DNA from: Dendrobates tinctorius
Taxonomy: Eukaryota
Length of the DNA: 64,000 nucleotides
Reading direction: 5' to 3'
NCBI RefSeq assembly: GCF_039654945.1
Contig: NW_027361684.1
Location: 20,336,001 to 20,400,000, forward strand
Shown here: positions 25,241-37,200 of the stretch, in pieces
Layout: each line of letters starts with the position of its first letter
Numbering within the stretch: the first letter of the stretch is position 1
Position numbers and translations under genes: made by a program
Notes under the pieces: model-generated
Databases searched by the model: none
What the model was told of the DNA's origin: nothing
Seen by the model: the letters and a program-made list of their open reading frames with translations, nothing else

Positions 25241-28200
25241 CACAACAGCTGTTATGCCATCACTTTATGACGGATTGTCACTTCTGACATACGCTGTTCT
25301 TGTGCTGCTGTGCACGTGTCCATGTTCTTATACCGCCCGTGTGTCTGTGTAAAACTCGGATGTGTCCGTATTTCTCCTGCAGCACGGATGCCATCTATGT
25401 TCCATCCGTGTATAACATTACTAAGCTTCTACTGTACTTTGCAATTTCTTTTGCTATACTGGAAAAACACTGGCGGCACGCTGACCCAACACACTGGGGG
25501 CACGCTGTCCCAACGCCCTGGGGGCACGCTGCCCCAACGCCCTGGCGGCACGCTGCCCCGACACCCTGGGGGCACGCTGACCCGACGCACTGGGGGCACG
25601 CTGACCCGACGCACTGGGGGCACGCTGACCCGACGCACTGGGGGCACGCTGACCCGACGCACTGGGGGCACGCTGACCCGACGCACTGGGGGCACGCTGA
25701 CCCGACGCACTGGGGGCACGCTGACCCGACGCACTGGGGGCACGCTGACCCGACGCACTGGGGGCACGCTGACCCGACGCACTGGGGGCACGCTGACCCG
25801 ACGCACTGGGGGCACGCTGACCCGACGCACTGGGGGCACGCTGACCCGACGCACTGGGGGCACGCTGACCCGACGCACTGGGGGCACGCTGACCCGACGC
25901 ACTGGCGTGGCGGCACGCTGACCCGACGCACTGGCGTGGCGGCACGCTGACCCGACGCACTGGCGTGGCGGCACGCTGACCCGACGCACTGGCGGCACGC
26001 TGACCCATCGCACTGGCGGCACGCTGACCCATCGCACTGGCGGCACGCTGACCCATCGCACTGGCGGCACGCTGACCCATCGCACTGGCGGCACGCTGAC
26101 CCAACGCACTGGCGGCACGCTGACCCAACGCACTGGCGGCACGCTGACCCATCGCACTGGCGGCACGCTGACCCATCGCACTGGCGGCACGCTGACCCAT
26201 CGCACTGGCGGCACGCTGACCCATCGCACTGGCGGCACGCTGACCCATCACACTGGCGGCACACTGATGACACTGAATTTTTTTTTTCTGGTACTGGTTT
26301 TATATGTATGTGTAAAGGGGGAATGTCTTTGGTCATAAATCAGCTGAGAGGAGCTCAGAAAATGACAGATAATAAGTTACACGCGTTCCTGTTGGACTGA
26401 CAGAAGGAGCTCAGCGATAGATTCTCAGCTGTTGTCCACTTTCTCTTGTTAGTGGTTTCCTCACGCACTGACCAGCACTCCTGTCCATACAATGGCCGCT
26501 GCTGGGGGAGCGTGTGAGCGGACCTGTGCATTAGACAGGCAGGTGTTGGCTGGCAGCAACTCTCCCCACTTGGGCGGAGGTGGTCAAAACAGGCGTCAAA
26601 ACTGGACTTGTCATGCAAAATGTTTACGAAAGTTTGTGTTGTGCTAAAATTTTGCGACCTTTTTAGGCCACGTTCAGTATTTGGTCAGTATTTTACATTA
26701 GTATTTGTAAGCCAAAACCAGGAGTGGGTGATAAATCCAGAAGTGGAGACAGGTTTCTATTATACTTTTCCTCTGATTGTTCCTCTCCTGGATTTGGCTT
26801 ACAAATGCTGAGGTAAAATACTGACCAAATACTGAACATGTGCACAGGGCCTAAAGGTGGTTTTTTTTTTTTTTTTTTGCTAGAATTTTGGCATAAAACC
26901 TTAATGAATTGGGGCCATAGTACTCGCTTAACAGGAGCGTGCTCTGCTCTCTCCCCTGATTACACCGCCCCGATGTCTAGAAGCAGCGTCTGCAGGGAGA
27001 ATACTGTATAACTTCATTTTCTCCTTGTAGCTCCTCTTCCAATCAGGCTGCACAGGTTTGAGAAGCTGCTTACCTGCAGATTCCCACTATGCATGCAAAT
27101 ACCTGTTTTTTTTTCTAACTGATTCCCTTAAAAGGGTTATCTACTATGAGGACAACCCCTTCTTAAATTATAGGTTTATTTATTTTATCACTGCAAAAGA
27201 GTTTAAGAAGAGATTGTCCTAGTAGTGGACCACCCCTTTAAAGAAGCCTCCCATGAAGTGTTTCCCCCCTAAGTCTGTGTATATGTGCACGTTGTGTCAG
27301 TGTGTTAACATACTGACTTGTCGCGGTTTTCTCTGGGGTTCCGGGCTGTTCTGCTCCTCTTCCCAGTGATCACTCTACAGTATGGTTTGTGAGGCGGATG
27401 TCTCGCTTACAACAAAAGTTCTAGCGCCCCATAAGTTTACGTGGAAAAAGCCACTTCCGGGTCACGCAGAGCGCCGCGTTGGCTGGAGAGGCCGCAGAGC
27501 GGTGCTGTATACTCGAGAAGGTGGTGGTAGGAGAGTGTATTAGCACACTGACACTACACTATATACACAGGTTTAGGGGAAAAAATAGTTCATGAGACTC
27601 TTCTCACCAGCAAAATATATCCCCTTCCCATAGCACAGTTGATGTTCCTGCAATCAGACCACCTGCGATCATACAAGGGTCCTACAATTACCTATGTACT
27701 GGGATTGATGGTGCACATGAGTAATCCCCACTCTGGACATGTGAGTGATGGATTACAATGATGATTCACCCTCCCTGTATTCACCGTTTGCTTATTTTGA
27801 CCAGATCCCTGTGTGTAGTAGATCAGGGGATGGCCTGGATGTCGCATCCTGTAAGACCTGTAATGGCAGCCATATTGGAAGTCATCTAACTTTACCAGGA
27901 AAGATTGCTTAGAGGTTTTTAGAGGAGAATTAAATGAAATTATTATTTTTTTTCCACAGCTTCGATTTAATTTGGATGTCCTAACAAACCCAAGTAATTT
28001 GGCCGCCCAGTACACGAACCCCTCCCCCATCGTAATAGAGAAGCTTTCCGCACCTCCGAATATATACACCGACCATTTAGCAGCTGAACATTTTCTCCAG
28101 AATTCCCGTTCTCCTGTGTCCTTCAGCATCGTTTCTGAGGAGCGGCTGAACCTCGCTGTCCAGCTTGCAAAGAGGGATGTCAGGCGGAAGCATTTACGGG

Positions 28201-31200
28201 ACAAGGTGGTATCTAAGGAGCAAACACATCCCAAAACCAATGGGGTGTCAGACAGCCGTGACGTGGGTGAGAGGAAGAGGGCGAGCACAGAGCGAGCCAC
28301 AAGTGGTTCCGTAAAACATGAAGTGACCAGATCTGGGGCCAGAGTGTATGTGTATACCCCACATCGGAGCAGGATAGACACGGGCGTCTCAGACTCGCCT
28401 CCGACACGGGATCCTGGTCCTGGAGAAGGATCTCGGAGAGGAATGGACCCCAGTGAGCATGAGGTGAAGCGTCTACAGAAGGAGCTGCACTCTTACATGC
28501 AGAAAATTGAAGAACTTGCTCAGAAAGGTCAGCATGGATTGATATTTTGATGAAAATGGTACATTTATAGCAGTTACCTGATATACTTGCTGGGTGGTCT
28601 GAGTGTAGATATAGATGGCCTGTTATTTTATGGATGCATCTTATGACTATGAATAAAATGTGAAGAACCCTCTCCAAATTCAGGATGAGACTTGAATTGA
28701 ATATTTGGATTTAATATATGGCGCGTAATTTTCTGTTTTCTCTTATTTCCTGACCTCTTCCAGAACGCCACAGAGACTCGTTAGATCCACTAGAAGAAGT
28801 CAGAGGCCGCATACGCCAGCAGGAGCGAGCCGCACGGTCGGCCCGGATGCTCTATGTCCTACAGCAGCAGGTAATGGCGCTTACAGATGAAGGATGGGGG
28901 AGAAGTAGGACTATGCTGATAAATGGTGCATAGAGGAGGCACATAAGCCACAAGAGCTGCAGGCGGGGAACGTGCACCCCTCCCAACAGTGTGCCATAAT
29001 GGGAATAAATCAGTGATAAACCACCGCACTGAAGGCTGTCCATGCGCATAAAAATAGGAAATAAGACTGGTAATCAAAAGGATCTGTAATGATGTAAGGA
29101 TCGTACTGTTACCAATAATAACAGCAAAAAACTAGGCTGAAAATAATCAGCACAAATAAGTAGAAACTAGCTCAACGCAGGACTACAAAATCCAGGGCTC
29201 TGGGAGGGGGGCACAGAAGAAGCCCTCCTTTTCCCTCATTAAAAATAGAGCTAATACATTTTTAAAGAATACACACCTCTGGTATCGCCCTTTTCTGAAA
29301 AGTCTGATCTATCAAAATATAAAATTAACCCGATTGGTAATACCATTAATGAAGAAAATTAAAGAGCGCCAAAATTACTTTTTTTTATCACTGCAATACC
29401 TCAAAAAATGCAGTAACAAGGGATCAAAACGTCGCATCTATCCCAAACTGGTATCTATAAAAACGTCATTTCGCCCCGGAAAAAAATAAGCCTTCACACA
29501 ACTGAAAAATGAATCCTTTACGAGTCTCGGAAAATGGCAACGCAACCCCCAACTTTTTTTTTTTTTTTTAATTCAAACTTCAGATTTTTTTTCACCGTTA
29601 AAATACTAAAAAAAACTGTACATTTGGTATCGCCATAGTCGTGCTGATGAGGAAAATCATATTGTAAAGGTATTTTTAACACAAAATGTACACCGTAAAA
29701 AAGGGGTTCCCCAAAAGAATTGTTTCTTTTATTTTTTTTCCATAATTTCACTGCACTTGGAATTTTTTCTTCCTGTACACTGAGTGGTGAAATGAGTTGT
29801 ATCATTCAAAAGTAGAACACGTCCTGTGAAAAACAAGCCTTCAGTATGGGATTAAAGGGGTTATCCAGGTTTTCTATATTGGTGACCCATTCTTAGTATA
29901 CAGTCGTCCAATATCAGATGGGAGGGGTCCGACCTCTGGCACCCTCGACCAAAGCTGTTTTAGTATCTCTGACGGTCATATGTTGCTGAACAGCACAGCG
30001 CCATTGACTGTGAAGTGGCCACTCCTGGGTACTGCAGCTCGGCTTCTAGTGAAGTGAATAGGAGCTGAGCAGTCACTACAGTGTATATGCAGTTTGGGTG
30101 CGACAACCGGTCAGTGGGGCTTTCGGAGCCCACGCGAATCTTTATTGTAAGCCTGAAAAACCCCATTAACTGTCACATGAGACCTAGATCATGAGGAGGA
30201 TTTGCACCCAAACTGTAAACTTTGCTGGTATTGGTAAATCAGACGACTGGCCTGCAGATATTGCATTTTTCTACTTTTGCTATGCAGCATATTGGGGTCT
30301 TCTGTTGCTGAAGTAACTGGTAATCCGTTCTGTGAGATGAACTATTAGTGATGCGCAATTGTAAGCTTTTCTGAAGCCCGGGTAGATGCAGATTTTATGC
30401 CACCATTCACACTGTGGATCGGCTTATAATGTTGTCACTTTTCTGCTTAATAGGTAAAAGAAATCCAAGAGGACTTAGAGAAGCTGAGCTCCCAGAAAAT
30501 CAAACCCGCAAAGAAGGTACGGGAATAAGTGACTGCCAAGTGCTCTCCTCTGGTCACAATGTAGGAAAGGGTCACAAAAGACTAATCCTGTGCATCGTAC
30601 CTCTTCTGTGTCTGATGTTTTCCCTTTAACCTCTCAAGGTCACAGTCATTTTCTTTGTGTCACGACAGCCATGAGTTTTTAATATTTCTGTAGCCATAAG
30701 TCGTTCATAGTTATTTTGATGTCAAGAGAACGTGTAGTCTATCAGGCCCTGCCTATAGCATACACAGCTAGTTCACCTTGGGGTCCTTTTTTATGCCTCC
30801 CGCTACAGTGGCAATTCATCTTTTCTGGGATTCTGCGGTGGTCAGCGGGGTCTCGCCACTTAGAGGCTGCGGTTTCACTTCACTGCAACGTTGCAGCCCT
30901 GAATATCCAGAACAAAAGGGGATCATGGGCAATGCAACAATCTTCAGCTTACACCCACTCCTGACGATGTGGGCGCAGCTACTGTTCTGTACATCTATGG
31001 TGCCTATATGGCACATATATGTCATATTACAGCTCTACTACAAACAATGTTTTTTTTGTTTTCTCCTTCCTATCAGACTCGTGCCATGTCTCGACTTGCA
31101 ACTATTCACCGAGGAGCCATCCGCGCTCTGCAGCTGTTTATCACACAGTTGAATGAACGTGGCGAACAGCAGATTCCCTCCTTCTATAAGGAGCTCGGAC

Positions 31201-34200
31201 ACATCATCCGCCAGTTGTCACTCTGCACAGCCAAGCTGGAAACCGGAGGTGATCCCGGTGCTTCCAATCTAATCATCTCCATTCTCCAGCGGGTGGAGGT
31301 AACTTCACATTACCATTGTGTGTTATCTGTATAATTTTACAGTCCATGTAATCATAATGTCGAGCTTTTATTTAAAAGCCAAGTGACTATTGATCTTTCA
31401 ATTTCCAGCCCTTATCACACTATTTTTTTATTCACTCAGGACTTGGATGTTCTTCTTGAAGCTAAAATATCTTCAGATGCAAGGAAGCCATCGTCACATA
31501 CGGCTGCAAATAAATCTCCACCTGTCCTAAAGGTTTCAAGAAATGCTGCATCACCTGTTAGAGAAGCTTGCTCTCCCCAGCCTGTCCATAAAGAAATCAA
31601 GCATCGGGAGGAGAGCCGGTCACGTGTGAGTAGACGTCTTGTGGTTGGTAAGTGATGGGTCTCTTTAGTTTTGCACATTGGATTTCTAATCTTTAGTCTC
31701 GAAAATTTTTACTTTGGGGAAACTTTGCTGCAGATGTCTTACAAGTGCTCAGTTAGGCTGGTTTCACACTTGCGTTTTTTTGCGCTGTATTTTAGCGCAA
31801 AAAAATGCTTACGTTTTTTCCCCTATACTTTAACATGGGTGCGCATACACATGCGTTTGTACGCATTTGTATGTGCATGCGTTTTTTTGTAGTGTGCGCT
31901 CGGGCTCACAAAATGCATCCTGTTGCATTTTTTGTGCGTCCGACTTGCCCCCCAAAAGCAAAACACCCATTATAGTCTATGGGTGCGCATTGTAATTGCG
32001 CATTGTGGGTGCGCATTGTAATGCGCACGTATGCGCAAAAAAACATGCGTTTTTTTTTAAACGCACCAAAAAACGCAAGATGCGTTTTTTTCATTCGTTT
32101 GTGTGCGCAAAAAACGCGCAGCAAAAAAACGCAAGTGTGAAAGTAGCCTTAGGGAGGTGTATGCCGTTCTACATGAGTGTAATATGCAGTGATGCAAAAG
32201 GTACAAATAGAACATCTGTCTCTATCTATATATAATGTACATTTATTCCACATTGCATTACTGTCACATTTACTATATGTATAAATGTTACGTACTTGGG
32301 ACACATTCTGATCAACATGTGTGAGCCCATCCCCTTAAAATAAGTTGCTCCACTACTTTTATATTGATGACCTATTCCCAGGATAGATGATTAATATCAG
32401 ATCTGTGGAGGTCTGACTCCCGACTAAGTGGATCTGCAGCACCCAGCTGCATCCACTACAAAGTTGACGGAGGTGTATTGTTCTCTGCAGCTGCCTGTCT
32501 GCTGCTGGCGACAAGAGCAGCTGACCAGTGGTGTTGCTGGGTGTCTGACTCACATCAATTTTTTTTTTTTTTTTTTAATATGATTTATCCTAAGCAGTGG
32601 AACAAACCATTAACAGGACAACCTCATCCAGATGGTTTCCTACACAAAACCTATTTTCTTCTCTTTGGCCTAATTGGTAGGACTCACCAATATTCTGTTT
32701 AACAGCAATGGTCACTACCGCCCTCCACTGTAGGTTGCAAAAAAGTTAGCGCCTCCTGATAAAGCAAAATAAATGTACAATTGTGGATGTGATTGCATTG
32801 TAAGAAATTCAGTAATACTCTGCCAGTGCTTAGATGTATATGGATTATTTTCAGTTGTACTACTTCTGTCATTACTATTCAGTTTTGTTCAGTCCCAATT
32901 CTATCATCCCAAAGATTGGTGTGAACTACAGCAACAGAACAGCAGAAAAGTCAGGCAAAATTACAGATTTAAATGCAATTTATGGGCTAAGCTTGCTCTA
33001 TGAATACTGCGATGTGTGCCAGTGCTGGTTACCCATTAGGTCATATAAATGTCCTAAAAGGGGGGCCCTCAATTTAGGACCCCAGTCTGAAATTCGTAAC
33101 AGAAGTTTTGCAAGAAGCGCATCCTGGTCTGGCAGAATTTCCAGCCATCACACATTAGTATGACCGGCTAATATGTGTAATGCTTCATTTCCCCAGCAGT
33201 CGCTGGTCATTGCAGATAGAGAAGCAGGACCTGCAATCACTGGGGTTTATATCTTTAAGGTACCGTCACACTTAGCGATGCACCAGCGATCCCGACAACA
33301 ATATGGATTGCTGGTGCATCGCTAAGTGGTCGCTAGTGAGCTGCCACACAGGCAGATCTCACCAGCGACATAGCGGCGGTCGGGGGTCGCTACTTACCTG
33401 TCAGACGAGGCGATCCTGACGTCCTCCCGCCCACGTGTCGCTCGTCGTCGCCACAGGAAGCTGACAACAAGAAACGTCCCAGGCTGTTCTCGCGCGATCA
33501 GCGGGGGGAGCCGGTCGGAGGTAAGAATCACACATAGCGATATCGCTAGCAATATCGCTGCTGCGTCACAAAACCAGTGACGTTACAGCGATATTGCTAG
33601 CGATATCGCTTAGTGTAACGGGGCCTTTAGTCACCACTGTCATCTTCTAGATGTGATGTTCCTCCAACATATAAGTGTTAAAGATGAAAACTGCTGTTTC
33701 TCTTTCGTCTCATTGGGGGACACAGGAACCGTGGGTGTGTGCTGCTATCACTAGGAGGTTGACACTATGCCATGAAAAAAATGTTAACTCCGCCTCCGCA
33801 GTATACACCCCTCCGACCATCTGTAGGACAATCAGTTTTGCTTAGTGTCAGCAGGAGGTAGACAGGGGTCTCTCGCAGACCCATGCCTACCTCAATGTGC
33901 GTCGTTGCTTTTCAGGTAGCCATTGAGGGATACAGAGTAGATCTGCTACATCTGTATTCCCACACCGGGATTATGAGTACGGCGTGTACTGCCACCCCGT
34001 ATCCTCTTGAATCCCACTGGCAGGACCCTAACCGCTAACACGGACTCGTGTTCAGGTGACCGCTCCTGGTCCTGACCTTCGTCTCCCATCACTCGCCCTC
34101 CAGAGCCTGATGATCGAGAGAGACGCCCTGCAGAAAAGGTTTGGGACATCAATCTTTTCATGCAGATGACAGACCCCTGTTACAGGGTGAACTGGAGGTA

Positions 34201-37200
34201 AGAGGCTGCAGCGTTTTATAATCTGCTCACCTGCCGCCCTACGCTGAATGTGACCGCTCTAATCAGCACTCGGGCTTGCAGCCCATAGCTCTATACTTAT
34301 TTTAAGAGCCAACACTTACTTTCAAGCATGTGGTGCAGCGCGGTTCCAGCCTCCTCCCGTGGCAGCTTTATGGCCCTGGGCTCCAGTAGGAGCCCAGCAC
34401 GGCCGACGCCAGATTCCGGCTTCTGGCAGGCTCCGCCCCTTCGACTTCCTCTTCTTATACCAGTGCCATCTTGATGCTCCAGGAGGCCGGAGCAGGGCCC
34501 CGCCCACCACTTCCAGGCGGGGATTTCATAAAGTTTCTAGGCAGCGGGGGCTGTTCAGCTCGCTCTCTCTTTCTCTCGCCATCCATCTTCAGCCTTCGGG
34601 CGGCAGCTTCGGCGGGGACACAGGTCGTGGGTATGTGAGTACTGCACTACAGGTTACTCCCTCACTCCGCTTTCTACCCCCGACGGTCGGCACCAAGTAA
34701 AGCCTGTCAGTATGCCCAAGGGAGAGTAGTCCCGCTCCTCATCTGCTTCAGCGACCTTGGTCAAATATTTTGTATGTACCAAATGCAATGTCAGGCTTCC
34801 TTCAGGTCAGTCCTCTCCACTCTGCTTAGATTGCTGCAGAACCATGGTGTCACCTACACTAGAGAGCAGGTGCAGCCCCCCCCCCCACCTTGCCTGCTAG
34901 AGCTCCCGCATTATCCCTGGAGCAGGAGGAAGCCACCCTGCCTGCCACCCAGGGGCCATCCATCGCCACGGGAGACAGTGGGTGTCCAGGATGGGCCTAT
35001 TCCTTATCTGTCTGTGGCCGACCTTACCAAGGTATCACAGACCTTGGTAACGGTGCATGACAGATTGCCACTTCAGACTCCAGTGGACACAGGAGCATCA
35101 AATGAGCCTCCTTTTGGGCCTTCTAGAGGCCATAAAAGGTTTAGACAGGACCACCAATCCAAGTCCCCTTCTCACTCCATCTCACCGCCAGAATTCCTCT
35201 GGCCATCTGCCTCCTCCTGGGCCTCATCCCCGGAATCAGGTGAGGCATTATCAGAGACACACTCAGAGGAGGGTTCTGAGTACGGGCCAGAACAGTCCCA
35301 GGGCGTCAGGGATATGGTTCAGGGTCTTATTGCCGCAGTCAATGAGACTTTTAACATTGGGGACGCTACATCAAAGCCTAATGATCAGGCTTTTTCATTT
35401 AAGCGTCATAAGTCCCCCTCTAGGGTCTTCGCCTCCCACCAGGATTTTGAGGAGGTGTTGGCCAGGGAAAGGGAAAACCCAACCAGGCGGTTTCAGAGGG
35501 GAAGTCGCTTTGGGATTCTATATCCTTTCCCTCCAGATCTCACCGCCAACTGGACCGCCTCCCCTTCGGTGGATCCACCAGTGTCCAGACTCCCTACCAA
35601 TACAGTCCTTCCACTCTCCAGTCAGGCAGCCCTAAATGATCCCAATGATAGGAGGATAGAATCTCTGGCAAAATCCGCCTTTGAGGCAGCAGCCGCTACA
35701 TTGTGTCCAGCCTTAGCCTGGGTAGCTAAGCTGTTACAGAATGGGCCAAGCAGCTTAGGCAGGGCATATTGGCCGAGGCACCACCAGCGGAACTGGCGGA
35801 ATTCGCAGATGAAATCTCTCATGCCGGGAGGTATATGGTATCAGCAGCCCTGGATGCCGCGTCTTGCTCAGCTCAAGCATCCAGTAACATGGTAGCCGTC
35901 CGGCGGATGGTCTGGCTAAAGGCTTGGCAGGTTGATTTGTCCTCAAAGAAATCACTGACTAATCTGCCGTTTCAGGGTGCCCGACTCTTTGGGTCAATGT
36001 TAGATCAAATCATTAAGGATGCAACGTAGGGTACAAGCTCCCTTCTCCCTCAGGCCAAGCCTCGTCGATATGTTTTCAAACGTAGGGCTCAGCCCTTTCA
36101 GCCCTCTCGCCGTGCCCCAGCAACAGGCACTTATGCTCAGGGCCCACAGAGGTCACAGGCATCTAGAGATAGGAGGAGGGTATCCTTTCGGGCCACCCCT
36201 TCATGGCATTCCCGCAGTTCCAATAGCAGAGCTACCAGGTCAGGGCCGAGCAGAGCCACCAGCCTGACGCCGGCAGGGAGTCCAACTCCCTTCCCAGTAC
36301 CTCTCCCAGACTAGGAGGCCGCCTTCTCCTCTTCAGAGATGTCTGGCAGAGTTCAGTAGAGGATATCTGGGTAAAGGAGGTGGTATCCACAGGATGCAAG
36401 ATAGACTTTAATGCGCTTCTGCGAGATCGTTTCTTTCTATCGCAACCACCAAAAGACGCTGCTATGGCTCTAGATATTTTTGCGGCAATCGACTCTCTCC
36501 TCAACGCAGGAGTAATCGTCCCCGTTCCTGAACAGGAACGTTTTACCGGCTTTTACTCAAAACTGTTTGTGATACCAAAAAAGGATGGCTCAGTTCGTCC
36601 CATACTAGACCTCAAAAGGCTAAACAGATGTGTCCGCTTACGCCATTTCAGGATGGAGTCTATTCGGTCGGTAATTACGTCTATGGAGGATCAGGAATTC
36701 CTATGTGCCATAGATATCCGGGATGCCTACCTGCACGTCCCCATTTTTCAGGGACATCAAAGGTTTCTGCGTTTTGCTGTCCAAAACCAGCATTTCCAGT
36801 TTGTGGCCCTGCTATTCGGGCTGGCAACAGCCCCCAGAATTTTTACAAAGATTATGGCAGCAATGGTAGCTATATTAAGGTTCAGAGGTATAGTATTAGT
36901 ACCGTATCTCAACGATATACTCGTCAAAGCGCCCTCCTTCGCTCAGGCCCGGGAAAACCTAGCGGTGTTTCTAAACACTCTATCCTGGTTTGGTTGGATC
37001 GTAAACAGGGAGAAATCTAACCTATCGCCAACACAACACCTAGAATTCTTAGGGATGATAATCGACACCCGCCGCTCCAGGGTCTTTCTCCCAGAAAGAA
37101 AGTGGATTACCCTCCAGCAGGGAATTCGCTCTCGGTTAAAATTCCGGCTTCCATCCTTTCACGCTGCCAGGAGAGTCCTGGGGAGGATGGTGGCAGCCTC

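Noticed and set aside
25300-26336. Cys-rich (CPQCVGSA)n and His-rich (WGHADPTH)n ORFs resembling metal-binding proteins
   Set aside because: 24-bp intronic VNTR, stop-free in several frames, with no synonymous-site pattern to suggest coding.
27692-28677. 229-aa and 154-aa minus-strand ORFs
   Set aside because: Antisense shadows of KIAA0753 exon 2.
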